From: Candidatus Electrothrix yaqonensis
GTDB lineage: Bacteria > Desulfobacterota > Desulfobulbia > Desulfobulbales > Desulfobulbaceae
NCBI GenBank assembly: GCA_047651235.1
Contig: CP178758.1
Span: 2,250,001 to 2,282,000, forward strand
DNA: 32,000 nucleotides
Reading direction: 5' to 3'
In this document: positions 7,699 through 15,680 of the stretch, piece by piece
Position numbering within the stretch: position 1 is the stretch's first letter
How the letters are laid out: the number at the start of each line of letters is the position of its first letter
The notes under the pieces: generated by a model
What the model was told of the DNA's origin: nothing
Seen by the model: the letters and a program-made list of their open reading frames with translations, nothing else
Database searches by the model: none
Made by a program: the position numbers and the translations under genes

Positions 7699-8361
7699 AT
7701 GAAAAAGATGATGATGGCTCCCTCCATACTCTCGGCGGATTTTTCCAGACTCGGTGATGAAATCCGGGCAGTTGAGGCCGCCGGGGCTGAGGTGATTCAT
7801 ATTGATGTGATGGACGGACATTTTGTGCCCAATATAACCATCGGCCCGCTGGTGGTCGAAGCGGCCCGCCGGGTCACGGAACTGCCCCTGGATGTGCACC
7901 TGATGATCAGCGATCCGGACCGTTATATCAGCGAATTTGCTGAAGCCGGAGCCGACTGGATCACCGTACATGTGGAGGCATGCAACCACCTTCACCGTAC
8001 CCTGAGCTTTATTCGCAGTCTGGGAAAAAAGGCGGGCGCTGTGCTGAATCCTGCCACTGCTCTCTGCACTCTTGAATATGTGCTTGACGAATTGGACTTG
8101 GTTATGCTGATGAGCGTCAATCCGGGTTTCGGCGGGCAGTCGTTTATTGAGTTCACTACGGAAAAATGCATACAGCTGCGCACCATGCTGGACAGCCTCA
8201 ATCCGGAGGTGGGGATAGAAATCGACGGAGGTATCAGCCCGCAGACCATTGCCCGTATGGCCGAGGCCGGAGCCAATATCTTTGTTGCCGGTTCAGCCAT
8301 TTACGGGCAGGATGATTACGCAGCCGTGATGCAGGAAATGAAGGAATCAGCCGGATTCTGA
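7699..8361 (+). CDS. rpe: Ribulose-phosphate 3-epimerase
   Basis: APSILSADFSRLGDEIRAVEAAGAEVIHIDVMDGHFVPNITIGP, MSVNPGFGGQSF and FVAGSAIYG match E. coli Rpe along its whole length. I moved the start to ATG 7699 (MKKMMMAPSIL), in frame with track ORF 7636. Confidence 0.9.
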   Translation: MKKMMMAPSILSADFSRLGDEIRAVEAAGAEVIHIDVMDGHFVPNITIGPLVVEAARRVTELPLDVHLMISDPDRYISEFAEAGADWITVHVEACNHLHRTLSFIRSLGKKAGAVLNPATALCTLEYVLDELDLVMLMSVNPGFGGQSFIEFTTEKCIQLRTMLDSLNPEVGIEIDGGISPQTIARMAEAGANIFVAGSAIYGQDDYAAVMQEMKESAGF

Positions 8362-8417
8362 TATTCTGAAAGCTGCCGGAATAAACAAAATTACAGAACT
8401 CCAATAAAATACAACCC

Positions 8418-8699
8418 ATGAGTCTGTTGCAGCGATACAAAAGTTATGGTGTGGTGGTCATGCGCATTTTCCGATGGGATCTGCAGCTTCATTTTTTCTG
8501 GGGCTTTATGCTGACGCTGCTGGGCGTGTACTGGCCACCTCTGTATACCTCGGGTATTGTGGTGACCATTGTTAAAGAGGGGCTGGATCTCTGGAGCAAG
8601 AAACTCTGGAGCTGGGATGATGTCTGGTTGGGCATTATCGGTTCTCTGGCTTCGCTTGCCTATCTGTATTCGCAGGGCTTGTTTGTTATGGAGCTGTAA
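8418..8699 (+). CDS. Small hypothetical membrane protein (2-3 TM); start uncertain (alternative ATG 8460)
   Basis: Hydrophobic segments HFFWGFMLTLLGVYWPPLY and VWLGIIGSLASLAYLY. Same orientation and tight spacing with the downstream ferredoxin. No family recognised. Confidence 0.45.
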   Translation: MSLLQRYKSYGVVVMRIFRWDLQLHFFWGFMLTLLGVYWPPLYTSGIVVTIVKEGLDLWSKKLWSWDDVWLGIIGSLASLAYLYSQGLFVMEL

Positions 8700-8719
8700 A
8701 CTGTAAAAAGGAGGAAAGC

Positions 8720-8905
8720 ATGCTGACAATAAAAATAGACGAGGAGTTGTGTACTAACTGCCTGGAATGTTATGAAGTCTGCCCGGAAGGAGTGATTGAG
8801 GTGAAGAACGGCAGGCCGGTTCATGTCTACACTGACAGCTGTCAGCGCTGTGAAGCCTGTCTGAAGATCTGTCCGGAAGATGCCATCAGCGTTTTGGAGC
8901 ATTAA
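8720..8905 (+). CDS. 2x[4Fe-4S] ferredoxin (61 aa)
   Basis: Two CxxCxxCxxxCP motifs (CTNCLECYEVCP, CQRCEACLKICP). Strong SD AAAGGAGGAAAGC directly upstream. Confidence 0.85.
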   Translation: MLTIKIDEELCTNCLECYEVCPEGVIEVKNGRPVHVYTDSCQRCEACLKICPEDAISVLEH

Positions 8906-9043
8906 TGCCGGGAGGTTGGAAGGAGGAGGTTTTTTCTGCGGCGGAATCTCCGATGGTTTTCCGCAGGCAGAGATCAGGATTTTTTCAGCTTGATGACCGG
9001 GATCAGTGCCGGAAAAAGAAGGAACCAGGAAGGAAGTAATCGG

Positions 9044-10384
9044 ATGACAGAACAAGGAAAGCTGCACCTGACAAGTCTCGGATGCGCAAAAAATCTGGTC
9101 GATTCCGAGATGATGCTCGGTGCTCTTGAGCTGGAAGGCTATACTGCCGTGCAGAACCCGGCAGAGGCTGATCTGCTGCTGATCAACACCTGCGGGTTTA
9201 TTCGTCCGGCAGTGGAAGAGGCGGTGGAGGAAATTCTTGAGCTTGCGCAGTATAAAGAGAAAGATCCGGGAAAAAAACTGGTGGTCACCGGCTGCCTGGT
9301 GCAGCGTTACGGGCGGGACCTGCAGCAGGAACTGCCGGAGGTGGATCTTTTTGTCGGTATTGATGATGAAAAAAACATCGTCTCCCTCTTGAGCGCCCTG
9401 TCACCTGATAATTCAACTCTTGCCCTGCACACCCCTTCGCGATTTCTGACGAACAGCAGTCTGCCGCGCAGACTTGCAACCCCGTTTTTCCGCAGCTATC
9501 TCAAAATCACCGAGGGCTGCGACAACCGCTGTACCTACTGCATGATCCCGTCCATCCGGGGCGACCTGCGTAGCAGACCGGTCCAGGATCTGATCACTGA
9601 GGCAAAGGCTCTGGAACAGGCCGGTGTCCGGGAGCTTTGCCTGATTGCGCAGGATCTGACCGCCTACGGTGATGATCTCGGCAGAAAAGATAACCTTGTT
9701 GTCCTGCTGCGGCAGCTGCTTGCTGCAACTGATATCCCCTGGCTGCGCCTCCTCTATCTCTATCCGGTTTCCACGACCCCAGAACTCATCCGGCTTATGG
9801 CGGAACAGCCGCGTATTCTTCCGTATCTGGATATTCCCTTTCAGCATATCAGCGACCGGGTCCTGCAGCGCATGGGCCGCCGCTACGGCCGCCGGGACTT
9901 GGAAGAGCTGATTGCCATGATCCGCGAGATTCTGCCGGACTGCGCCCTGCGTACCACCATGATGGTCGGATTTCCCGGAGAGACAGAAGAAAATGTACAG
10001 GAGCTGCTTACCTGTCTGCAGGCCTGGCAGCTGGATCATGTGGGCGTCTTTCCCTACGAAGCTGAAGAAGGATCTGCGGCGGCTGATTTCCCGGATCAGG
10101 TGGCGGAAGAGGTCAAAGAGGAACGTTTTGCCCGGGTGATGGAACAACAGGCCGCAATAAGCCGACAACGGCTGCAGCAGTATGTAGGGCGGCAGGAAGA
10201 CGTTCTGGTGGAAGGGGTGAGCCGGGAAACAGATCTTTTACTGGAAGGACGGACCCGGTATCAGGCGCCTGATATCGACGGCTGCGTCTATATCAATGAG
10301 GGAACAGCGCGCCCCGGTGATATTGTCAGGATCGACATCACCGAGGCGCACATTTATGATCTGGTGGGTGGAATTACGGAATAA
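9044..10384 (+). CDS. rimO: Ribosomal protein S12 methylthiotransferase RimO (radical SAM, MiaB family)
   Basis: LHLTSLGCAKNLVDSE, INTCGFI, radical-SAM CDNRCTYCMIP, YLDIPFQH, FPGETEE, and a TRAM-like C-terminus ending PDIDGCVYIN...YDLVG. All are collinear with E. coli RimO. I chose ATG 9044 as the start because it follows AGGAAGGAAG. Confidence 0.9.
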   Translation: MTEQGKLHLTSLGCAKNLVDSEMMLGALELEGYTAVQNPAEADLLLINTCGFIRPAVEEAVEEILELAQYKEKDPGKKLVVTGCLVQRYGRDLQQELPEVDLFVGIDDEKNIVSLLSALSPDNSTLALHTPSRFLTNSSLPRRLATPFFRSYLKITEGCDNRCTYCMIPSIRGDLRSRPVQDLITEAKALEQAGVRELCLIAQDLTAYGDDLGRKDNLVVLLRQLLAATDIPWLRLLYLYPVSTTPELIRLMAEQPRILPYLDIPFQHISDRVLQRMGRRYGRRDLEELIAMIREILPDCALRTTMMVGFPGETEENVQELLTCLQAWQLDHVGVFPYEAEEGSAAADFPDQVAEEVKEERFARVMEQQAAISRQRLQQYVGRQEDVLVEGVSRETDLLLEGRTRYQAPDIDGCVYINEGTARPGDIVRIDITEAHIYDLVGGITE

Positions 10385-10407
10385 CCTCCAAGGAAGTTAA
10401 ATTTTCT

Positions 10408-10707
10408 TTACTTGTTGCCCTGTTTTTTCGCTTCGGCATCCACCCGTTCCCGCAGATCTTTTCCCACCTTGAAAAAAGGAAGTTTTTTCGGGGCAACACT
10501 GATCTTTTCTCCTGATTTGGGATTACGGCCCGTATATGCACCGTAGTGTTTGACCGTAAAGCTGCCGAATCCACGGATCTCTATGGAATCCCCCTCGACT
10601 AGGGCATCGCTCATCGCATCAATGATGGTTTTGGTGATAGCGGCAGTCTCGCGAACAGGCAGATCAATCTTTTCAGCCAAGTTCTCAATCAGTTCCGACT
10701 TATTCAT
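10408..10707 (-). CDS. ihfB: HU/IHF-family DNA-bending protein, IHF beta-like
   Basis: [13 protein letters not shown]...[48 protein letters not shown] parallels E. coli IhfB (MTKSELIERLA...[47 protein letters not shown]). Start moved to the MNK codon. Confidence 0.8.
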   Translation of the reverse strand: [99 protein letters not shown]

Positions 10708-10849
10708 ACTGTCTCCATTATACAGCAGGGCCTGCAACCGAATACCGGGCAGGGATGAGGGTTTAATTAATTGACCAACATAAACCACTAAATATCATTA
10801 CTATTAATTTTAGTTAATCAATTATAGTTTTGATTGTAAAGGGATTGTT

Positions 10850-11563
10850 TCATTTTTTTAACAAAAAAATTCGTTTTATATCATTTTTCGTTAAAAATCG
10901 ATAGGTTCCCTCCTGTAGCCCGCCCAGCCTCAAGCCGCCATAGGCAGTTCTTCTTAATCGGATTACCGAATGTCCGATTGCCTGCAACATTTTTCGCACC
11001 TGTCTTTTCCTGCCTTCATGGATAATGACCTCAATGACGACCGCGCCTTTTTTCGCGCTCAGGATCCGTAACCGGGCTGGCCAGGTTTTGTGTCCGTCCA
11101 GGATGATGCCCTGCTCAAGCCGTTGCAGATCAGATTTCTTCGGCATGGTCCGCAGTGTTGCCTCGTAGGTCTTGTTGACCTCGAAACGGGGATGCAGCAC
11201 CTTGTTGGCCAGAGCACCGTCGTTGGTCATCAGCAGAGCGCCTTCACTGTCCAGATCCAGACGGCCCACCGGAAACAGGCGCTCCCGGATATCAGGCAGC
11301 AGGTCGGTAACAATGGGACGGCCCTGGGGATCAGACAGGGTGGTGACATAGCCTCTGGGTTTATGGAGCAGGATATGAACCTTTTTCTCCCGGTGAAGCG
11401 GGCGGCCGTCCACCGTGATGACATCCTCGGCAGGATCAACCTTGGTCCCCGGCTGGCTGACCGGGGTACCGTTTACAGCAACTCTGCCTTCTGCAATATA
11501 CTGCTCTGCTCTGCGCCGCGAACAGATTCCGGCGCGGGCAATAACCTTCTGTATTCGTTCCAT
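10850..11563 (-). CDS. rluB: Pseudouridine synthase, RsuA/RluB family with N-terminal S4 domain
   Basis: MERIQKVIARAGICSRRRAEQYIAEGRVAVNG parallels RluB [31 protein letters not shown]. Catalytic-region motif FPVGRLDLDSEGALLMTNDG. Confidence 0.8.
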   Translation of the reverse strand: MERIQKVIARAGICSRRRAEQYIAEGRVAVNGTPVSQPGTKVDPAEDVITVDGRPLHREKKVHILLHKPRGYVTTLSDPQGRPIVTDLLPDIRERLFPVGRLDLDSEGALLMTNDGALANKVLHPRFEVNKTYEATLRTMPKKSDLQRLEQGIILDGHKTWPARLRILSAKKGAVVIEVIIHEGRKRQVRKMLQAIGHSVIRLRRTAYGGLRLGGLQEGTYRFLTKNDIKRIFLLKK

Positions 11564-11708
11564 AATAAATCGCAATAAATAGTCCGCAAAAAGTCCGTTA
11601 TGACGTTATGATACATGATGTAGTCGGGTAAAAATCGGGGAAGAGAAGAAAGGGGCACAGGCGGGAGAGAGTGCGGCACAGCCGCTGAAGACTGCCCCGC
11701 AGGAGGTA

Positions 11709-13484
11709 TTATCTGAACCGGGCAGGAATAATCTTGTCAAACCTGCTGTCTACCAGTTCTTTTGTGGCCTGATCAACCTCCAGCACCTCGGTGTACCAGG
11801 GTTTCATGCGGCAGTCAAAGACAACAGGCGGCGTCAGGCCGACGTGGAACCGTCTGACCTGCTGCTTTTTGGCGTGGATATCTGCTGCCGGTTCAAAGCG
11901 GGTGAAAAAGGTCCAGATAAATTCCTGCATACTTATCGTGGCCTCTGCCGTGGAATCCACCAGCAGAATGACCGGCCAGCCAGCCACGCCTTCCCAAGAG
12001 GCAAGCTGCGGTCCGAGTTCAGGGGTGTCTGTGTAGGCATCACCCTGAACCACAAGGGTGCCGGGCAGAAAGACCTTGGGACGGATACAGCCCGGAGGCA
12101 GGCTGCCGCTGAACTCTCCGGGCAGCTCACGCCGCTTCTCCCCCAGCCCCATCATCATAGCCTTTGATCCCTTATTCACTGAAGGCCCAGTATAATCCAG
12201 GGTATCCTGGGAAACATTGGCAAACACAAAGAGATCGCTGTCCCACTGAATACGCTCCAGCACATGCTGCCAGAGCACGGCAAAGTCAGCTACATCAATG
12301 CTGCCGTCTGTGGCGATGAGAAATTTGGTCAGGGAAAGCTGCCCCTCACCCAGGATGCGCAGTCCGGCGGCAAAGGCTTCGCGCGGATAGCGGTTGCTGA
12401 CCTTGGCCGCAGCCAGACAGTGAAAACCAGCCTCGCCGAAGGTCTTGAGCTGCTGCACGCCCTTCATCACCAGAGGAAAGACCGGCGAGAGCAGATCCTG
12501 GAGGAAATCACCGATAAAGTAGTCTTCCTGTTTGGGCCGTCCGACCACAGTGGCCGGATAGATGGCATCTTTGCGGTGATAGAGATGGCTGACCTGAAAT
12601 ACCGGATAATCGTGGGCCAGCGAATTATAGCCGTAATGATCGCCGAACGGCCCTTCAGACCGCCGGAATTTCGGCGGTACAATGCCTTTAACAGCAAATT
12701 CGGCCTCTGCCACAAGCCGGTGTCCGCCGAACAGATCCTTGGCCAGAGCCAGTTTCCTGCCCTGGAGCAGAGAGGCCAGCATCAGCTCCGGAATATCTTC
12801 AGGCAGGGGCGCGACGGCAGCCAGCATCAGGGCCGGAGGCCCGCCGATGAACAGGGTCATGGACAAGGACTGATTGCGCGCCTCGGCTGCGCAGTAATGG
12901 TAGCCGCCGCCTTTGTGGATCTGCCAGTGCACACCGGTGGTGGTGTCGTCGTAGCGGTGGATGCGGTACATGCCCAGGTTATGGCCGTGCCCGTCCGGGT
13001 GCTCGGTGTAGACCAGAGGCAGGGTGACAAAGGCCCCGCCGTCGGAATGCCAGGACGTGAGCAGGGGCAGGGTGCTGAGGCGAGCAGGGTGCTGCAGCCG
13101 CTCCATAACCGGCGCCCGGCTGCGTCCGACTTGTTTCATGCCGATCTTCAGGGCCTGAAGGGCCAGGGGAGCTGCCTGGCGGAGCGCAGACAGACTCGGC
13201 GGCATGGCCTGTTCAATCAGGTTGACCAGATCCCGGACAAAGTCAACAGGTCTGCTGCCGAAGGCCAGCTCCAGCCTGCGGTTGGTGCCGAACAGATTGG
13301 TGACCACAGGAAAGTCGGAACCCTTTACCTTGGTGAAGAGCAGGGCCGGGCCGCTGCGGGCAATGACCCGACGGTGGATTTCCGCAATTTCAAGATACGG
13401 ATCAACCTCGACGTCAATGACGAGCAGTTCGTTTTCCTGCCGCAGAACATCAAGGTATTGACGGAGATTACAAAGCGGTTTCAT
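11709..13484 (-). CDS. UbiD-family (prenyl-FMN dependent) decarboxylase, long 591-aa form
   Basis: LRQYLDVLRQENELLVIDVEVDPYLEIAEIHRRV, NLGMYRIH and EGPFGDHYGYNSLAHDYPVFQVSHLYHRKDAIYPATVVGRP are collinear with E. coli UbiD blocks. Confidence 0.85.
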   Translation of the reverse strand: MKPLCNLRQYLDVLRQENELLVIDVEVDPYLEIAEIHRRVIARSGPALLFTKVKGSDFPVVTNLFGTNRRLELAFGSRPVDFVRDLVNLIEQAMPPSLSALRQAAPLALQALKIGMKQVGRSRAPVMERLQHPARLSTLPLLTSWHSDGGAFVTLPLVYTEHPDGHGHNLGMYRIHRYDDTTTGVHWQIHKGGGYHYCAAEARNQSLSMTLFIGGPPALMLAAVAPLPEDIPELMLASLLQGRKLALAKDLFGGHRLVAEAEFAVKGIVPPKFRRSEGPFGDHYGYNSLAHDYPVFQVSHLYHRKDAIYPATVVGRPKQEDYFIGDFLQDLLSPVFPLVMKGVQQLKTFGEAGFHCLAAAKVSNRYPREAFAAGLRILGEGQLSLTKFLIATDGSIDVADFAVLWQHVLERIQWDSDLFVFANVSQDTLDYTGPSVNKGSKAMMMGLGEKRRELPGEFSGSLPPGCIRPKVFLPGTLVVQGDAYTDTPELGPQLASWEGVAGWPVILLVDSTAEATISMQEFIWTFFTRFEPAADIHAKKQQVRRFHVGLTPPVVFDCRMKPWYTEVLEVDQATKELVDSRFDKIIPARFR

Positions 13485-13705
13485 AGCAGTTGCACAGAAA
13501 ATGATAGTTTTTCTCCCTTTCTACTTCTTTTTGCCGGGTCGGACAACTTTTTTTCAAAAAAATCGGGCCCGATGTATTTCAGGGACGGATTATACTCTCC
13601 GGCTGTTCAGCGGAGCAGCACGGCGGGACGTATCTTTTTTTATCCTGCCCCTGTACAATTAAAGGCAGGAAAAGGGAAGGAGTACGACCTGATGGTGCCG
13701 TATAC

Positions 13706-13730
13706 GATCAGGCAGATCAGGCAGATCAGG
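13706..13730. repeat. Tandem 9-bp repeat GATCAGGCA x ~2.8, 16 nt upstream of the kinase start codon
   Basis: Read directly: gatcaggca gatcaggca gatcagg. Confidence 0.8.
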
Positions 13731-13745
13731 TTGCATCACCGCTAA

Positions 13746-15578
13746 ATGACAAACAGTGAGCATGTCCCCATGAATCTGAAACGTACTTTATTTATTTTGT
13801 TTTTGCTGCTCTGTATCGGTTCCCCTCCTGCTGCCGCAGAAGACCGGCTGCCGGAGCAACCGCCTGTTCTGCTGTCTGCCGGGCAGCAAATCGAACAGCA
13901 GAGCGGACGGCAGAAACTGGACATTCCTTCTGGAGATTCCGCATCGATCGGACCTGTTGTGCGTTTTGTTTCTTTCCTGCGGAAATTCTGTACGGATATG
14001 GAACTTCATATAGGCATGTTCTCGATATCAAGCCTTGTTTTTATCCTGCTCAGCATGTCGGTCTGCTGGAACCGTCGCCTGACCAGGGAAATCAGAGCGC
14101 GAAGACAGGTTGAACAGGAACTGCGGGAGAGCGAAGAACGCTTTCACAGCATGTTTGCGCAGCATCATGCAATTATGCTCCTGGTGGAACCGGAGACCGG
14201 GGTAATCGTTGACGCCAATCTGGCTGCACAGAAATATTATGGTTATCCTTTGGAAAAATTTCAACAGATGGCTGTCCAGGATCTCAATCCTATGTCCTCT
14301 GAGGAAATTACGAAAATACTGCAGCAGGCCGTTTCCCGGCAGCACAACGCGTTTACTTTTTCTCATCGGCTGGCTGACGGAGAGCTGCGCGCTGTGGAAG
14401 TGCATTCCTCTCCCCTGAACATTAAAGGACAAACCCTGCTGTTTTCCATTATTCATGACATCACTGAACGCAGGCAGGCTGAAGAGCGACTGTCTGCAAG
14501 CGAAAAAAAATTCCGCCGGGCAAAAGAAGCTGCTGAAGCAGCCAGTCAGGCCAAGGATATCTTTCTGGCCAGCATGAGCCACGAGCTGCGTACCCCGCTG
14601 AACGGCATTCTCTGCTCTGCCCAGATTCTTGCCCGGGAAAAAAACCTGGACACGACCCTGCGCAGCGGGCTGCAGATCATTGAACAGAGCGGCAACCATC
14701 TGCTTGCCCTGATCAATGATCTTCTGGACCTTGCCAGGATTGAAGCGGGAAAAATGAAACTCTATCCTGAACAGATCGATTTTCAGGATTTTCTGCAGAT
14801 CATTGTGCATATCATCCGGATCCGCGCCCAGGAAAAAGGGGTGGATTTTATATACACGCCTGATGCCCGTCTGCCGGAACAGGTTGAGATCGATTCCACC
14901 CGCCTCCGTCAGGTGCTGCTGAATCTGCTGGGTAATGCAGTCAAGTTCACTGATCCGGGCGGATCGGTCACCCTGCAGATCACCCGGGAAGCCATGATAC
15001 CGGTTTCTCCGGCAGAGCAGAGAACTCCTTCCGCCCGCTCCGACGCCCGCTGCTGTTTTGCTGTTACAGACACAGGGGTCGGTATGACAGAGGACCAGCT
15101 TGAACAAATTTTTCATCCGTTCCGGCAGGCAGGTGCTGTTGAGCGCCGGGCAGAAGGCACCGGCCTGGGCTTGGCCATCAGCCGCCGGATTGTCCGTCTG
15201 ATGGGAGCGGATATCAGCGTCACCAGTACGCCCGGCAAAGGCAGTACCTTTTCTTTCACTCTGGATCTGCCGGTCAGGCCCGGAAAAGAAAGATCCGATG
15301 CCAGGGAGAACGGGGAGGCTCTTCTACCGGCCCCGGATTCGGAAGAACAGAAGGAAGAGCAGGAACAGGCAGGGCCGGTCATTCCGCCGCCCAAGGAAGA
15401 ACTGGACAGGCTGCTGGAATTTGCTTCTCTGGGGATGATGCGGGAGATCCGCAGACTGGCGGTCCGGGTTGAAGAAGAGGACAGCCTGTACCAGCCCTTT
15501 GTCCGGCAGGTGCTGGCCCTTGCCGAAGCCTATGAGGAAAAAGCGCTTATCCAGTTTGTCCGTTCGTTCCGGAACTGA
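13746..15578 (+). CDS. Membrane sensor histidine kinase: TM, short periplasmic loop, TM, PAS, HisKA, HATPase_c, plus an unassigned 67-aa C-terminal module
   Basis: TM segments LFILFLLLCIG and ISSLVFILLSMSVCW. PAS (ERFHSMFAQHHAIMLLVEPETGVIVDAN...IHDITERRQAEE). H-box [18 protein letters not shown] boxes LLGNAVKFT, DTGVGM, GTGLGLAISRRIV. C-terminal module at 15375-15575. Confidence 0.85.
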   Translation: MTNSEHVPMNLKRTLFILFLLLCIGSPPAAAEDRLPEQPPVLLSAGQQIEQQSGRQKLDIPSGDSASIGPVVRFVSFLRKFCTDMELHIGMFSISSLVFILLSMSVCWNRRLTREIRARRQVEQELRESEERFHSMFAQHHAIMLLVEPETGVIVDANLAAQKYYGYPLEKFQQMAVQDLNPMSSEEITKILQQAVSRQHNAFTFSHRLADGELRAVEVHSSPLNIKGQTLLFSIIHDITERRQAEERLSASEKKFRRAKEAAEAASQAKDIFLASMSHELRTPLNGILCSAQILAREKNLDTTLRSGLQIIEQSGNHLLALINDLLDLARIEAGKMKLYPEQIDFQDFLQIIVHIIRIRAQEKGVDFIYTPDARLPEQVEIDSTRLRQVLLNLLGNAVKFTDPGGSVTLQITREAMIPVSPAEQRTPSARSDARCCFAVTDTGVGMTEDQLEQIFHPFRQAGAVERRAEGTGLGLAISRRIVRLMGADISVTSTPGKGSTFSFTLDLPVRPGKERSDARENGEALLPAPDSEEQKEEQEQAGPVIPPPKEELDRLLEFASLGMMREIRRLAVRVEEEDSLYQPFVRQVLALAEAYEEKALIQFVRSFRN

Positions 15579-15680
15579 AGTTTCAGTGTTGCATTTTTTT
15601 CGTTGTGGGGACAATATATATTGCGGTACAATATTTTATACCTTATGTGAAAAAACGATAAGATAACATATGAACAGACT

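Noticed and set aside
13706-13730. Short direct repeats as a CRISPR array
   Set aside because: This is a contiguous 9-bp tandem unit without spacers. There are no cas genes.
12264-13745. 493-aa plus-strand ORF
   Set aside because: It lies antisense to the well-supported UbiD-family gene. It is a low-complexity R/G/A/Q-rich shadow ORF typical of high-GC DNA, with no recognisable motifs.
14028-15116. 362-aa minus-strand ORF
   Set aside because: It lies antisense to the PAS/HisKA/ATPase kinase, whose motifs are unambiguous on the plus strand.
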